Source: an uncultured Chloroflexia bacterium
GTDB taxonomy: Bacteria > Chloroflexota > Limnocylindria > Limnocylindrales > CSP1-4
Direction: 5' to 3'
Length of the DNA: 64,000 nt
Assembly: GCA_963727585.1 (NCBI GenBank)
Contig: CAVSHH010000003.1
Coordinates: forward strand, 738,493 to 802,492
Below, piece after piece: positions 10,663 through 20,216 of the stretch. Position numbers and translations under genes: made by a program. The notes beneath the pieces are model-generated. The model was given only the letters and a program-made list of their open reading frames with translations, had not been told where the DNA came from and searched no databases. Every line of letters starts with the position of its first letter. Within the stretch, counting starts at the first letter, position 1.

Positions 10663-11071
10663 CACGAACGTCTGGGTCTCGGGGCTGATCGCGCCGGCCG
10701 GCACTCCCGGGATGGTGATCGAGGCCGTGCGCCGGGGGAGGATCGATGCCGTCGCGTCATGGGCGCTCGCCGAGGAGATCGTGGAGGTGCTGCGCCGGCC
10801 CGCGATGCGACGCTACGGGGTGACCGAGGGCGACATCGAGGAGCTCGTGGAGGTGCTCGGTCCGCTGCTCCCCGACGTGGACGTGACCGTGGCGCTGCGG
10901 GACGCCGATGACGCCGTGGTCATCGCGGCAGCCATCGCCGGACGCGCGGAGGTGATCGTGTCGGGTGACCGGGACAGGCTGGACGATGTCGACCTCGCGA
11001 CCTGGCTGGACAAGCGCGGCATCGCGGTCATGACGCCGGCCGAGGCCCTGGCGATGCTGTCAAGTCGCTGA
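10646..11071 (+). CDS. PIN-family toxin (TIGR00305-like)
   Basis: VVDTNVWVSGLIAP...GRIDAVASWALAEE...VSGDRD typical of the PIN_3 family. No canonical start; the frame opens right at the antitoxin stop, so the exact start is unresolved. Confidence 0.6.
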   Translation: MRAVVDTNVWVSGLIAPAGTPGMVIEAVRRGRIDAVASWALAEEIVEVLRRPAMRRYGVTEGDIEELVEVLGPLLPDVDVTVALRDADDAVVIAAAIAGRAEVIVSGDRDRLDDVDLATWLDKRGIAVMTPAEALAMLSSR

Positions 11072-11102
11072 CCCGGGCACCGCCCGGGCGATACTCGGCC
11101 CC

Positions 11103-13163
11103 ATGACCAGCACCTCCGACGCCCTCCAGGCCCATCTCGAGACCATGCTCGGTCCCCGCGCCGCGTTCCACGAGGGACAGCGCGAGGCGATCGAGGCCGT
11201 CGTGGGCGATGGCTCCCGCACCCTGGTGGTCCAGCGGACGGGCTGGGGCAAGAGCCTCGTCTACTGGATCGCGACCCGGGTCCGTCGCGACCAGGGGCAC
11301 GGCCCCACGCTGATCGTGAGCCCGCTGCTGAGCCTGATGCGCAACCAGATCGAGGCGGCGGACCGCCTGGGGCTGCGGGCGGTGACCATCAACTCGGCCA
11401 ACCGCGACGACTGGGACACGATCGAGGCCGACCTGGTCGCCGACCGGATCGACGTCCTGTTCGTGTCGGCCCAGCGGTTCGCCAACCAGGACTTCAACGC
11501 CCGGCTCCTGCCCGGGATCCGGCGCTCGATCGGGATGTTCGTGGTGGACGAGGCCCACTGCATCAGCGACTGGGGCCACGAGTTCGTGCCGGACTACCGC
11601 CGGATCGGGCGGCTGCTGCCGACGCTGGGGCCGGACGTGCCCGTGCTGGGGACGACGGCAACGGCGAACGACCGCGTGGTCGAGGACGTGGCCCGCCAGC
11701 TGGGCGACGACGTGTCGGTGATCCGGGGCCCGCTCGCGCGCGACACGCTGCACCTGGACGCGATCCCGCTGCGCGACCAGGCGGAGCGGCTGGCCTGGCT
11801 GGCGGAGCACCTGCCGGGGATGCCGGGATCGGGGATCGTGTACTGCCTCACGGTGGCCGACACGCAGCGGGTGGCGGGCTGGCTGCGCGGGCGGGGGATC
11901 GACGCCCGCCCCTACAACGCGGACATCGCGCCCGAGGAGCGCGAGGCGCTGGAGCAGGACCTGCTGGCGAACCGGCTCAAGGCGCTGGTGGCGACGGTGG
12001 CACTGGGGATGGGGTTCGACAAGCCCGACCTCGGCTTCGTGGTCCACTACCAGCGCCCGGGCTCGCCGATCGCGTACTACCAGCAGGTTGGCCGGGCGGG
12101 CCGGGCTGTGGACAGCGCGTTCGGGATCCTGCTCTCGGGGCGCGAGGACGACGCGATCGCCGAGTACTTCCTCTCGACCGCGTTCCCGCCGGCGGCGCGG
12201 ATGCGCGACATCCTGGCGGCCCTCGAGGCGGTCGATTCGGCGACGATCCGCTCACTCCAGGCACAGGTGAACCTGCCGTACGGACAGATCGAGAAGGCGC
12301 TCAAGCTGCTCGAGGTGGACGGCGCGGTCAGCCGCGAGCGGGGGCGGTTCGTGCGCACGGGCGAGCCCTGGGAGCAGGACGAGGCGTGGGTCGCGGGGGT
12401 GATCGAGGCCCGCCGGCGGGAGCTGGCGTCGATGCGCGAGTACGTCGATACGGATTCCTGCCGGATGGCATTCCTCGGCCGGCTGCTCAACGATCCTGCT
12501 GCCGGCGAGTGCGAGCACTGCGCGAACGACGGGGGCGTCCGATGGCCGCGCTCGGTCTCGCCGGCCCTCGTCCAAGAGGCGGTCGCCTACCTGCGGCGCG
12601 ACGTTCGCGGGATCGAGCCGCGCAAGCAGTGGCCGGAGGGCGGGAAGATCGCGAGGCCCAACGAGATCGGCCGGGCGCTGTGCATCCTGGGCGACCCGGG
12701 GTGGGGGAGGGACGTGGCTCACGTCGTGGCCGCGGGTCCGGCGCCGGACCTGCGCTACCCGGAGCATCTCGCCGGGGCCGCGTTCGAGGTCATCCGCGGC
12801 CGCTGGCGCCCGAGCCCGATGCCGGAGTGGGTGACCTGCGTGCCGTCCACGACGCGGCCCGGGTCCGTCGAGGCGTTCGCGACGCGGCTCGCGAGTGCGC
12901 TGGCGCTGCCCTTCTCACCGTGCCTCACGTCGGCCGGGGGCGCGCCCCAGGCCCAGATGGCCAACTCCGCCACCCAGGCCGCCAACGCTCGGGTGAGGAT
13001 CGGGGTGGTGCCGGCGGCGGTTCGATCCGGACCGGTGCTCCTGGTGGACGATCTCGTGGACTCGCGCTGGACGCTCACGGTGGCAGGCGATCTGCTGCGG
13101 GAGCACGGCGGAGGCCCGGTCCTGCCGTTCGCCTTGGGGGTCGCGACGCCGCGCGGGGAGTAG
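11103..13163 (+). CDS. RecQ-family DNA helicase of the RqlH-like clade with a C-terminal ComF/PRTase-like domain
   Basis: RecQ motifs TGWGKSLVYW, DEAHCISDWGHEF and HYQRPGS. Zn/RQC region CEHC. The C-terminal 150 aa have a type-I PRTase-like signature VLLVDDLVDSRWTL. The 686-aa length is similar to mycobacterial RqlH. Confidence 0.85.
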   Translation: MTSTSDALQAHLETMLGPRAAFHEGQREAIEAVVGDGSRTLVVQRTGWGKSLVYWIATRVRRDQGHGPTLIVSPLLSLMRNQIEAADRLGLRAVTINSANRDDWDTIEADLVADRIDVLFVSAQRFANQDFNARLLPGIRRSIGMFVVDEAHCISDWGHEFVPDYRRIGRLLPTLGPDVPVLGTTATANDRVVEDVARQLGDDVSVIRGPLARDTLHLDAIPLRDQAERLAWLAEHLPGMPGSGIVYCLTVADTQRVAGWLRGRGIDARPYNADIAPEEREALEQDLLANRLKALVATVALGMGFDKPDLGFVVHYQRPGSPIAYYQQVGRAGRAVDSAFGILLSGREDDAIAEYFLSTAFPPAARMRDILAALEAVDSATIRSLQAQVNLPYGQIEKALKLLEVDGAVSRERGRFVRTGEPWEQDEAWVAGVIEARRRELASMREYVDTDSCRMAFLGRLLNDPAAGECEHCANDGGVRWPRSVSPALVQEAVAYLRRDVRGIEPRKQWPEGGKIARPNEIGRALCILGDPGWGRDVAHVVAAGPAPDLRYPEHLAGAAFEVIRGRWRPSPMPEWVTCVPSTTRPGSVEAFATRLASALALPFSPCLTSAGGAPQAQMANSATQAANARVRIGVVPAAVRSGPVLLVDDLVDSRWTLTVAGDLLREHGGGPVLPFALGVATPRGE

Positions 13164-13235
13164 GGGCCCCGGCCGAGGCCGACTCGTCGCCCACCCTCCT
13201 TGGGTGGTCTTGCGAGCCGGGCGTAGGGTGGATTC

Positions 13236-14036
13236 ATGGGCGGTGACCCAACCATCGATGACGGCGAGGCGTTCTGGCGCGACTACCTGACCCAGGGCGG
13301 CTCCCTCGAACGCCGGTTCCGCGGCGTGCTCCGGCTGCTGCCGCACGAGCCCCGGTGCCAGTTGTGTGCCGCGCCCTTCGAGGGGCCGGCCGCCCCGGTG
13401 ATGCGGGCGATGGGCAAGCGCCGGTCCGACCTGAACCCCCACGTGTGCCAGTCCTGTTTCTCGTTCGTCCAGAAGCACCATGGCGGGGCCGAGATCGAGG
13501 CCACCTTCCTGTTCGCCGACATCCGCGGTTCGACGACGCTCGCCGAAGGCATGTCGCCGGGTGCCTTCCATGACCTGCTGGATCGCTTCTACGCGACCGC
13601 TGCCAGCGTGGTCGTCGCGAACGGCGGTGGCGTGGACAAGTTCGTGGGTGACGAGATCGTCGCGATGTTCATGCCGCTCATGTCCGGCCCGCGGCACACC
13701 GCGCACGCCATCAAGGCGGCCACGGCGCTTCTCCGGGCGACCGGACATTCGGACCCTGGCGGTCCATGGGTCCCGGTCGGCGTCGGCGTCCACACCGGGC
13801 CGGCCTGGGTGGGGGCGGTGGGCGACGACACGCACACGGAGCTCACCGCGCTCGGCGACACGGTGAACGTGACCGCCCGGCTGGCATCGGCGGCCACGAC
13901 GGGCGAGGTTCTCGTGACGGCGGTCGCTGCCGGCATCGCCGGCCTGGATCCGGCACTCGAACGCCGGGCCCTGGAGCTCAAGGGCAAACAGGCAAAGACC
14001 GAGGTGGTCAGCCTGCGGGTGCGTGACGCCGGCTGA
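13236..14036 (+). CDS. Class III adenylate/guanylate cyclase with an N-terminal Cys4 zinc ribbon
   Basis: FLFADIRGSTTLAE, KFVGDEIVAMF and VGVHTGPAWVGAVG cyclase motifs. N-terminal CQLC...CQSC. Confidence 0.8.
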   Translation: MGGDPTIDDGEAFWRDYLTQGGSLERRFRGVLRLLPHEPRCQLCAAPFEGPAAPVMRAMGKRRSDLNPHVCQSCFSFVQKHHGGAEIEATFLFADIRGSTTLAEGMSPGAFHDLLDRFYATAASVVVANGGGVDKFVGDEIVAMFMPLMSGPRHTAHAIKAATALLRATGHSDPGGPWVPVGVGVHTGPAWVGAVGDDTHTELTALGDTVNVTARLASAATTGEVLVTAVAAGIAGLDPALERRALELKGKQAKTEVVSLRVRDAG

Positions 14037-14048
14037 TCCCCACCGGGC

Positions 14049-14324
14049 TCAATCGTCCTCCTCGTCCTCCTCGTCGAGCTCCTCGAGGATGGCGTCGAAG
14101 TTGATCGCCGCATCGCACTCCTCGCAGATCGGCGGGTCCCAGTCGCCGGCGGGCGCCAGGTCCGATCGGCCGCATTGCGAGCACACGAAGAACAGGCCCG
14201 CGAGCGTCGCCAGGTCGATGGCGTCCGCGTCCTGGTCCGCGTCGTCGGGCGTGGCGATGGGGCGGGCATGGGGGAGATGTGGCCCGGGAGGCTGGTCCCG
14301 GCGCCGGAACGGCCAGCGCATGTC
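14049..14324 (-). CDS. Small zinc-ribbon protein with an acidic tail (hypothetical)
   Basis: CSQCG-x14-CEEC followed by ELDEEDEEDD. Only the C-terminal 91 codons of the 363-aa ORF look coding. Confidence 0.4.
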   Translation of the reverse strand, partial: DMRWPFRRRDQPPGPHLPHARPIATPDDADQDADAIDLATLAGLFFVCSQCGRSDLAPAGDWDPPICEECDAAINFDAILEELDEEDEEDD

Positions 14325-14396
14325 CGATAGCCTGCCGTGTCCCCGTGCCACCTGTCTGTCATCGCCGATCGGGCTCCGGGGCCTACACTCGAGGGC

Positions 14397-15320
14397 ATGC
14401 GATATCTCGACATCGAAGGGATGCGGCTCTCCCGCATCGGGTTGGGCACCTGGCAGGTCGGCACCCGCGAGTGGGGCTACGGCGAGGAGTACGCGACGGT
14501 CACCGCGCCGGCGCTGATCCGCCGGGCGGCCGAGCTCGGGATCACGATGATCGACACGGCCGAGGGATACGGTCCCGGCCGCTCCGAGAAGATCCTGGGC
14601 GAGACGCTTGCCGGCCTGCCCGCGAGCCTCCGGGACCCGCTCACCATCGCCACCAAGTTCACCCCGATCGCCCCCGCAGAGCCGATCGTCGCGTGGCAGG
14701 TGAACGGCTCGCGGCGCCGCCTCCAGATGGATGCGCTCGACCTTCTCTACGTGCACTGGAAGAACCCGTTCGTGTCGGCGCGTCGCGTGATGCAGTCCGT
14801 CCGGCCCCTGGTCGAGTCGGGGGCGGTGCGCCATGCGGGAGTCTCGAACTTCACGCTCCAGCAGTGGCAGGAGGCCGAGCAGGCACTTCGCCGGCCGGTG
14901 GTTGCGAACCAGGTCCAGCTGTCGCTGGCCAAGCCGGGCGCGATCGACGACCTGGTGCCGTGGGCGGCTGGTCACGACCGGGTCGTGGTTGCCTACTCGC
15001 CACTGGGCCAGGGCGTGCTGGCGGGCCGCACGTCGTTCCCGGGCATGCTGGGGATGGGCCGGCCACAGGGATCGCAGGCGATCCGCAGGCCGGGGCTGGA
15101 GGCGCTCAACGCGGTGCTGGGCCAGGTGGCCAGGGCGCACGACGCCACGCCGGCCCAGGTCGCCCTCGCCTGGATCCTGTCGTTCCCGGCGACGATCGCG
15201 ATCCCGGGCGCCCGGACGATGGAGCAGCTCGAGGACAACGCCGCGGCTGCCGACCTGGAGCTCGACGTGGCGGAGATCGCCCGGCTCACCATGGTCGCCC
15301 GCGCGATGAGCAGCCGCTAG
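14397..15320 (+). CDS. Aldo/keto reductase
   Basis: MRLSRIGLGTWQVG...IDTAEGYGPGRSE AKR signature. Start taken at the MRYLD methionine. Confidence 0.85.
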   Translation: MRYLDIEGMRLSRIGLGTWQVGTREWGYGEEYATVTAPALIRRAAELGITMIDTAEGYGPGRSEKILGETLAGLPASLRDPLTIATKFTPIAPAEPIVAWQVNGSRRRLQMDALDLLYVHWKNPFVSARRVMQSVRPLVESGAVRHAGVSNFTLQQWQEAEQALRRPVVANQVQLSLAKPGAIDDLVPWAAGHDRVVVAYSPLGQGVLAGRTSFPGMLGMGRPQGSQAIRRPGLEALNAVLGQVARAHDATPAQVALAWILSFPATIAIPGARTMEQLEDNAAAADLELDVAEIARLTMVARAMSSR

Positions 15321-15418
15321 CCCGGTCCCGGATGGCCCGTGGATTCGGGCCGGGCGCCCGGGTACAGAACGCCCATCGGCCCCTCGAAACGGCGCACCGG
15401 GCAGCCGACACTGCGCAC

Positions 15419-15961
15419 ATGGAGGGTGACCCGCGATCCGTGGTCGAGGCCCCGGTTCGGGGCGCCCTGGCGGGGGTGATGGGGCGAGGGCTGGCGCTCG
15501 TCGCGGCGTTTGTGATGCTCGCGGCGTGGCCGTTGCTCGCCAACCCAGCGGACGAGGTCCGTGACGCCGTCATCGTCCTCGGCATCGGCCTGCTGTTCGC
15601 ATACGCCATCTGGGTGCGCATCGCCCAGCATCTGGGTACCCGGCCCAGCCCCGAGGATCGGGCGTTGGCATGGGATCGCGCCAAGGAGGTTGACGGCGAG
15701 GACGCGACCATGGGCCTGATCGTTGCCGGCTGGGTGCCCGTCGGGCTCGTGCTCGCGATGGGTCTGATGCTGTGGCCCAACCTGACCGACGAGGACCCGG
15801 TTCGCGTCTCGATCTGGGTGATCATGGCCCTGCCTCCCACGACCGTCGGGTGGCTGCTGGCGACGACCGCCTGGCTCGATTCCTGTCGCGACGACCTCGC
15901 CCGTGCGGAAGCGGAGGCACAGATCCTGCTTCGCACCTACTGGGCGAATGTCGGCCACTGA
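15419..15961 (+). CDS. Hypothetical integral membrane protein (4 predicted TM helices)
   Basis: Hydrophobic helices in the + frame. The opposing 226-aa minus-strand ORF is Arg/Pro-rich and looks non-coding. Confidence 0.5.
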   Translation: MEGDPRSVVEAPVRGALAGVMGRGLALVAAFVMLAAWPLLANPADEVRDAVIVLGIGLLFAYAIWVRIAQHLGTRPSPEDRALAWDRAKEVDGEDATMGLIVAGWVPVGLVLAMGLMLWPNLTDEDPVRVSIWVIMALPPTTVGWLLATTAWLDSCRDDLARAEAEAQILLRTYWANVGH

Positions 15962-16082
15962 CCGGATCGCAGGGGCGCGACACCCGGGCTCGGTCATCCG
16001 CGTTGCCGGCTCGCCCGGGTCGGCCCGCCACCCCGGCTCCCGGTCACGAGGCCCGCGGGCGACCGCTCCCTGTTAGCCTCGG

Positions 16083-18140
16083 GTGGTGACGCCCGTCCAG
16101 CCCGAGGAGCTCCTCGCCGATCTCGATCCCGAGCAGCGCGCTGCCGTGCTCGCCGTCTCGGGCCCGGTCGCGATCCTGGCCGGCGCGGGCTCGGGCAAGA
16201 CGCGCGTCATCAGCCGGCGAACCGCATATGCGATCGCGACCGGCGTCGTGCCGGCCGACCAGGTGCTGGTCGTGACGTTCACGGACAAGGCCGCGGCCGA
16301 GATGGTGGGGCGCCTCCGCTCGCTCGGCCTGCCCGGGGTGACGGCGCGGACGTTCCATGCCCATGCGCTGTCCCAGCTGCGGTTCTTCTGGCCGCTCCGC
16401 TACGACGGCGATCCGCTGCCCGGGCTGCTGGAGTCCAAGGGGCTGATCGTGTCCCGGCTGGCCCGCCAGCTGCCCGGCCACTACCGGTTCACGCCGGCCA
16501 AGGATCTCGCCGACGAGATCGAGTGGGCGAAGGCGCGCCGGGTGCCGCCGGACGCGTACGAGGCACGGGCGGCCGCCGGTGGGCGGCAACCCCCGATCCC
16601 GGTCGACCTGTTCGTTCGCATTTACCGGAACTACGAGCGTGAGAAGACACGCCTCGGACGCCTGGACTTCGACGACCTGCTGGCGTGGACCGCAGATCTC
16701 CTCGAAGCGGACGTCGACGCGGCCGCGACCGTCCGCGCCCGCAAGAGCTGGTTCAGCGTGGACGAATACCAGGACACGAACCCGCTCCAGCAGCGCCTGC
16801 TGGAACTGTGGCTCGGCCCCGAGCGGCAGGACCTGTGCGTGGTCGGGGACGAGGACCAGACCATCTACAGCTTCACCGGGGCGACGTCGACATTCCTCAC
16901 CACGTTCGAGGAACGGTGGCCCGGCGCGCAAGTGCTTCCGCTTACGCGGAACTATCGGTCCACGCCGCAGGTGCTGGAGCTGGCGAACCGCCTCGTGGCT
17001 GCGGAGGGCCGCACCAAGCGCCTCGTCCCGACCCGGTCGCCCGGTCCGCCGCCCACGATCTCCAAGCACCGCGACGCCTTCCAGGAGATGGCCGCGCTGG
17101 TGGCCGGGATCCGTGCCCGCCTCGCCGACGACGTCGTGGCATCCGAGATCGCGGTGCTGGTGCGGATGAACGCCCAGCTGGCCCCGCTCGAGGAGGCGCT
17201 GACCCGGGCGGGGATCGCCTACCAGGTTCGCGGCCTCCGGTTCTACGACCGGCCCGAGATCCGGTCGGCGCTCCATTCCCTGCGAAGGTCCTCGATCGAT
17301 GCCGAGGGCCCCCGCCTGCCCGGCGCGATCCGCGAGCGCCTCGCGGAAGCGCTGGGCTGGGAGGAGGACGGCAGCGGGGAGGGTGACGAGGCACGCGAAC
17401 GCCAGGCCGCGCTGGACACGCTGCTCGCGATCGTCGACGAGCATGTCGTTGCCCATCCGTTCGCCGACATGGCCTCGGTGCTGGCGGATCTCGATGCCCG
17501 GGCGGCGCACGAGCGGTCAGGCGCCGTCGAGGGCGTCAACCTGCTCACCTACCACCGCGCCAAGGGCCTCGAGTGGGACGCCGTGTTCCTGCCCGGTCTC
17601 GAGGAAGGGGTGCTGCCCATCCGCCAGGCGAAGGACGACGAGGGCGCGCTGGCCGAGGAGCGGCGCCTGCTGTATGTCGGGATCACGCGGGCCCGCGTTC
17701 ACCTCGCGCTGTCGTGGGCCGAGCGGCGCGAGCAGCGCGGTCGCCCGGTCCGCCGCGAAGTCAGCCGGTTCGTGATGGACCTTCGACCACGGCCCGGGAC
17801 CAGCTTCCGGGACCTGCCGCCGACGGGCCTGATCGCTGCACGCGAGGCGCGCGAACGGGCGATCCGCGGCAAGGAGGGCGATCCCGTGGTGGCCGCCCTC
17901 AGGGCGTGGCGAACGGCCCGCGCCAGGTCCGAGGCGGTGCCGCCGTACGTGATCGCGCATGACGCCACGCTCGCGGCCATCGCGGCTGCGCACCCACGCT
18001 CGTTGGCCGCGCTGCGGCGGGTCAAGGGGATGGGTCCGGCGAAGCTCGATGCCTACGGGGACGAGCTCCTGCAGATCATGGCTGCTGTGGACAGCGACGA
18101 GAGCGACAGGAGCAACGAGGCCGGCCCGGCGGCAGGCTAG
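16083..18140 (+). CDS. uvrD2: UvrD/PcrA-family helicase with a C-terminal HRDC domain (UvrD2-like)
   Basis: AGAGSGKT, DEYQDTNPLQ and YHRAKGLEWDAVFL motifs. C-terminal HRDC (VIAHDATLAAIAAAHPRSLAALRRVKGMGPAKLDAYGDELL). Non-ATG (GTG) start. Confidence 0.8.
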   Translation: MVTPVQPEELLADLDPEQRAAVLAVSGPVAILAGAGSGKTRVISRRTAYAIATGVVPADQVLVVTFTDKAAAEMVGRLRSLGLPGVTARTFHAHALSQLRFFWPLRYDGDPLPGLLESKGLIVSRLARQLPGHYRFTPAKDLADEIEWAKARRVPPDAYEARAAAGGRQPPIPVDLFVRIYRNYEREKTRLGRLDFDDLLAWTADLLEADVDAAATVRARKSWFSVDEYQDTNPLQQRLLELWLGPERQDLCVVGDEDQTIYSFTGATSTFLTTFEERWPGAQVLPLTRNYRSTPQVLELANRLVAAEGRTKRLVPTRSPGPPPTISKHRDAFQEMAALVAGIRARLADDVVASEIAVLVRMNAQLAPLEEALTRAGIAYQVRGLRFYDRPEIRSALHSLRRSSIDAEGPRLPGAIRERLAEALGWEEDGSGEGDEARERQAALDTLLAIVDEHVVAHPFADMASVLADLDARAAHERSGAVEGVNLLTYHRAKGLEWDAVFLPGLEEGVLPIRQAKDDEGALAEERRLLYVGITRARVHLALSWAERREQRGRPVRREVSRFVMDLRPRPGTSFRDLPPTGLIAAREARERAIRGKEGDPVVAALRAWRTARARSEAVPPYVIAHDATLAAIAAAHPRSLAALRRVKGMGPAKLDAYGDELLQIMAAVDSDESDRSNEAGPAAG

Positions 18141-18167
18141 CACCGCCGGACCCGGAGGCCGGTCGGA

Positions 18168-20216
18168 TCAGGCGACCGGGTCGAGCGCCTGCTCGAACTG
18201 GCTCGCGTACAGGTCGTGGTAGAAGCCGTGCCGCGCGAGCAGCTCCTCGTGCGAGCCCTGCTCAACGATCTGGCCCTGGTTCATCACCAGGATGATGTCC
18301 GCCTCGCGGATCGTGGACAGCCGGTGCGCGATGACGAACGACGTCCGGCCCTCCATCAGTCGGTTCATCGCCCGCTGGATGAGCACCTCGGTCCGGGTGT
18401 CCACCGACGAGGTGGCCTCGTCGAGGATCAGGACCGGCGGGTCGGCGAGGAACGCCCGGGCGATGGTCAGCAGCTGCTTCTCGCCGGCCGAGACGTTGGA
18501 CGCCTCGTCGTCGAGCACGGTCTCGTAGCCGTCCGGCAGCGTCTTCACGAAGTGGTCCACGTGGGCCGCCTCGGCCGCCTCGTGGAAGCGCTCCTCGCTG
18601 ACCTCGTCGTCCGTCCCGTAGACCATGTTCTCGCGGATGGTCCCGCTGAACAGCCAGGCATCCTGGAGGACCATGCCGAAGGTGCGCCGCAGGTTGTCGC
18701 GGGTGGCGGCCCGGGTCTCGACCCCGTCGACCGTGATCCGGCCGCCGTCAACGTCGTAGAAGCGCATCAGCAGGTTGACCAGCGTGGTCTTCCCGGCGCC
18801 GGTGGGCCCCACGATGGCCACGGTCTGGCCGGGCTCCACCGACAGCGAGAGGTCCTCGATGAGCGGCTGTTCCGGCAGGTACCGGAACGAGATGTGCTCG
18901 AACGCGACCCGGCCGGCGGCCGGCTCCACGATCTCCTGGGCGGGCACCGGGTCCGGGATCTCCTGCTCCTCGTCGAGCAGCTCGAACACGCGCTCCGCGG
19001 AGGCCACCGCGCTCTGCAGCACGTTGGCGATCGACGCAACCTGGACGATGGGGAAGGTGAACTGGCGGCTGTACTGGATGAACGCCTGCACGTCGCCGAG
19101 GGTCATCTGGCCGGTGGTCACGCGGACGCCGCCGATGACGGCGATGGCCACGTAGTTGAGGTTCGAGATGAACATCATCGCCGGCTGGATCATCCCCGAC
19201 AGGAACTGGGCCCGGTAGCTGGCCTGGTACAGCTCCTGGTTGCGGCGGTCGAACTCCTCGATCGCCTCCTCCTGCCGGCCGAACAGCTTCACGATCGCGT
19301 GCCCCGTGTGCATCTCCTCGATGTGCCCGTTGAGGATGCCGGTCCGCTCCCACTGGGCCGCGAACTGCTTTTGCGAGCGCTTCGCGATCACGACCGCCAC
19401 GAACATCGACGCGGGGACGGCCAGCAGCGAGATGAGCGCCAGGATGGGGCTGATCGTGAGCATCATGATCAGCACGCCGACCACCGTCAGCAGCGAGGTG
19501 ATGAGCTGGGTGAGGCTCTGCTGGAGCGTCTGGCTGATGTTGTCGATGTCGTTGGTGACCCGGGACAGGATGTCGCCCCGGCTCTCGCGGTCGAAGTACG
19601 ACAGGGGCAGCAGGCCGAGCTTGCGGTCGACCCGCTCGCGCAGCCGGTAGACCGTCCGCTGGGTGACGCCGGCCATGATCCAGCTCTGTCCCCACTGGAA
19701 CAGCGAGCTGGCGATGTACACGCCGGCCGCGATCCCGAGGATCTGGGCGAGCCTGCCGAAGTCGATGCCCACGCCGGGCACGACGCCCGGCATCGATGCC
19801 AGCATGTCGGCGAAGTTGTCCTGCCCGGCGGCGCGGAGGCCGGCCACGATCTGGTCGACGCTCATGTTCGCGCTGCCGGGGATCTGGCCCAGCTGCTCGC
19901 CCACCACGCCGGCGAAGATGACGTTGGTCGCCTCGCCCAGGATCTTGGGTCCGATGATCGCGAGGAACACGCTGATCACGGCCAGGACGAACACGACCAG
20001 GACGAGCAGCCGGTCCGGTCCCAGCTCGCGCATGAGGCGGCTGAACGACACCCGGAAGTTGGCGGGCTTGGCGACGGGCATCATCAGCCCCATGTGGGGA
20101 CCGCCGCCGCCCGGACCTCCCCCCGGCCTCGGCCGGCCCGGGGCGGGACCCGTGCCGGAGCCCGAGCCGGGGCCCGCGCCTGGACTCGTGCCGGCGCGAC
20201 CCGTCGGCCCGCTCAT
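18168..20216 (-). CDS. ABC transporter permease/ATP-binding fusion protein (exporter, MdlB-like)
   Basis: 6-TM domain followed by Walker A GPTGAGKTT, signature LSAGEKQLL and Walker B ILDEATS. The start overlaps the upstream ABC gene stop (ATGA). Confidence 0.85.
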   Translation of the reverse strand: MSGPTGRAGTSPGAGPGSGSGTGPAPGRPRPGGGPGGGGPHMGLMMPVAKPANFRVSFSRLMRELGPDRLLVLVVFVLAVISVFLAIIGPKILGEATNVIFAGVVGEQLGQIPGSANMSVDQIVAGLRAAGQDNFADMLASMPGVVPGVGIDFGRLAQILGIAAGVYIASSLFQWGQSWIMAGVTQRTVYRLRERVDRKLGLLPLSYFDRESRGDILSRVTNDIDNISQTLQQSLTQLITSLLTVVGVLIMMLTISPILALISLLAVPASMFVAVVIAKRSQKQFAAQWERTGILNGHIEEMHTGHAIVKLFGRQEEAIEEFDRRNQELYQASYRAQFLSGMIQPAMMFISNLNYVAIAVIGGVRVTTGQMTLGDVQAFIQYSRQFTFPIVQVASIANVLQSAVASAERVFELLDEEQEIPDPVPAQEIVEPAAGRVAFEHISFRYLPEQPLIEDLSLSVEPGQTVAIVGPTGAGKTTLVNLLMRFYDVDGGRITVDGVETRAATRDNLRRTFGMVLQDAWLFSGTIRENMVYGTDDEVSEERFHEAAEAAHVDHFVKTLPDGYETVLDDEASNVSAGEKQLLTIARAFLADPPVLILDEATSSVDTRTEVLIQRAMNRLMEGRTSFVIAHRLSTIREADIILVMNQGQIVEQGSHEELLARHGFYHDLYASQFEQALDPVA

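Noticed and set aside
15317-15997. 226-aa minus-strand ORF overlapping the membrane-protein gene
   Set aside because: Arg/Pro/Gly/His-rich low-complexity translation, whereas the + frame gives clean TM helices.
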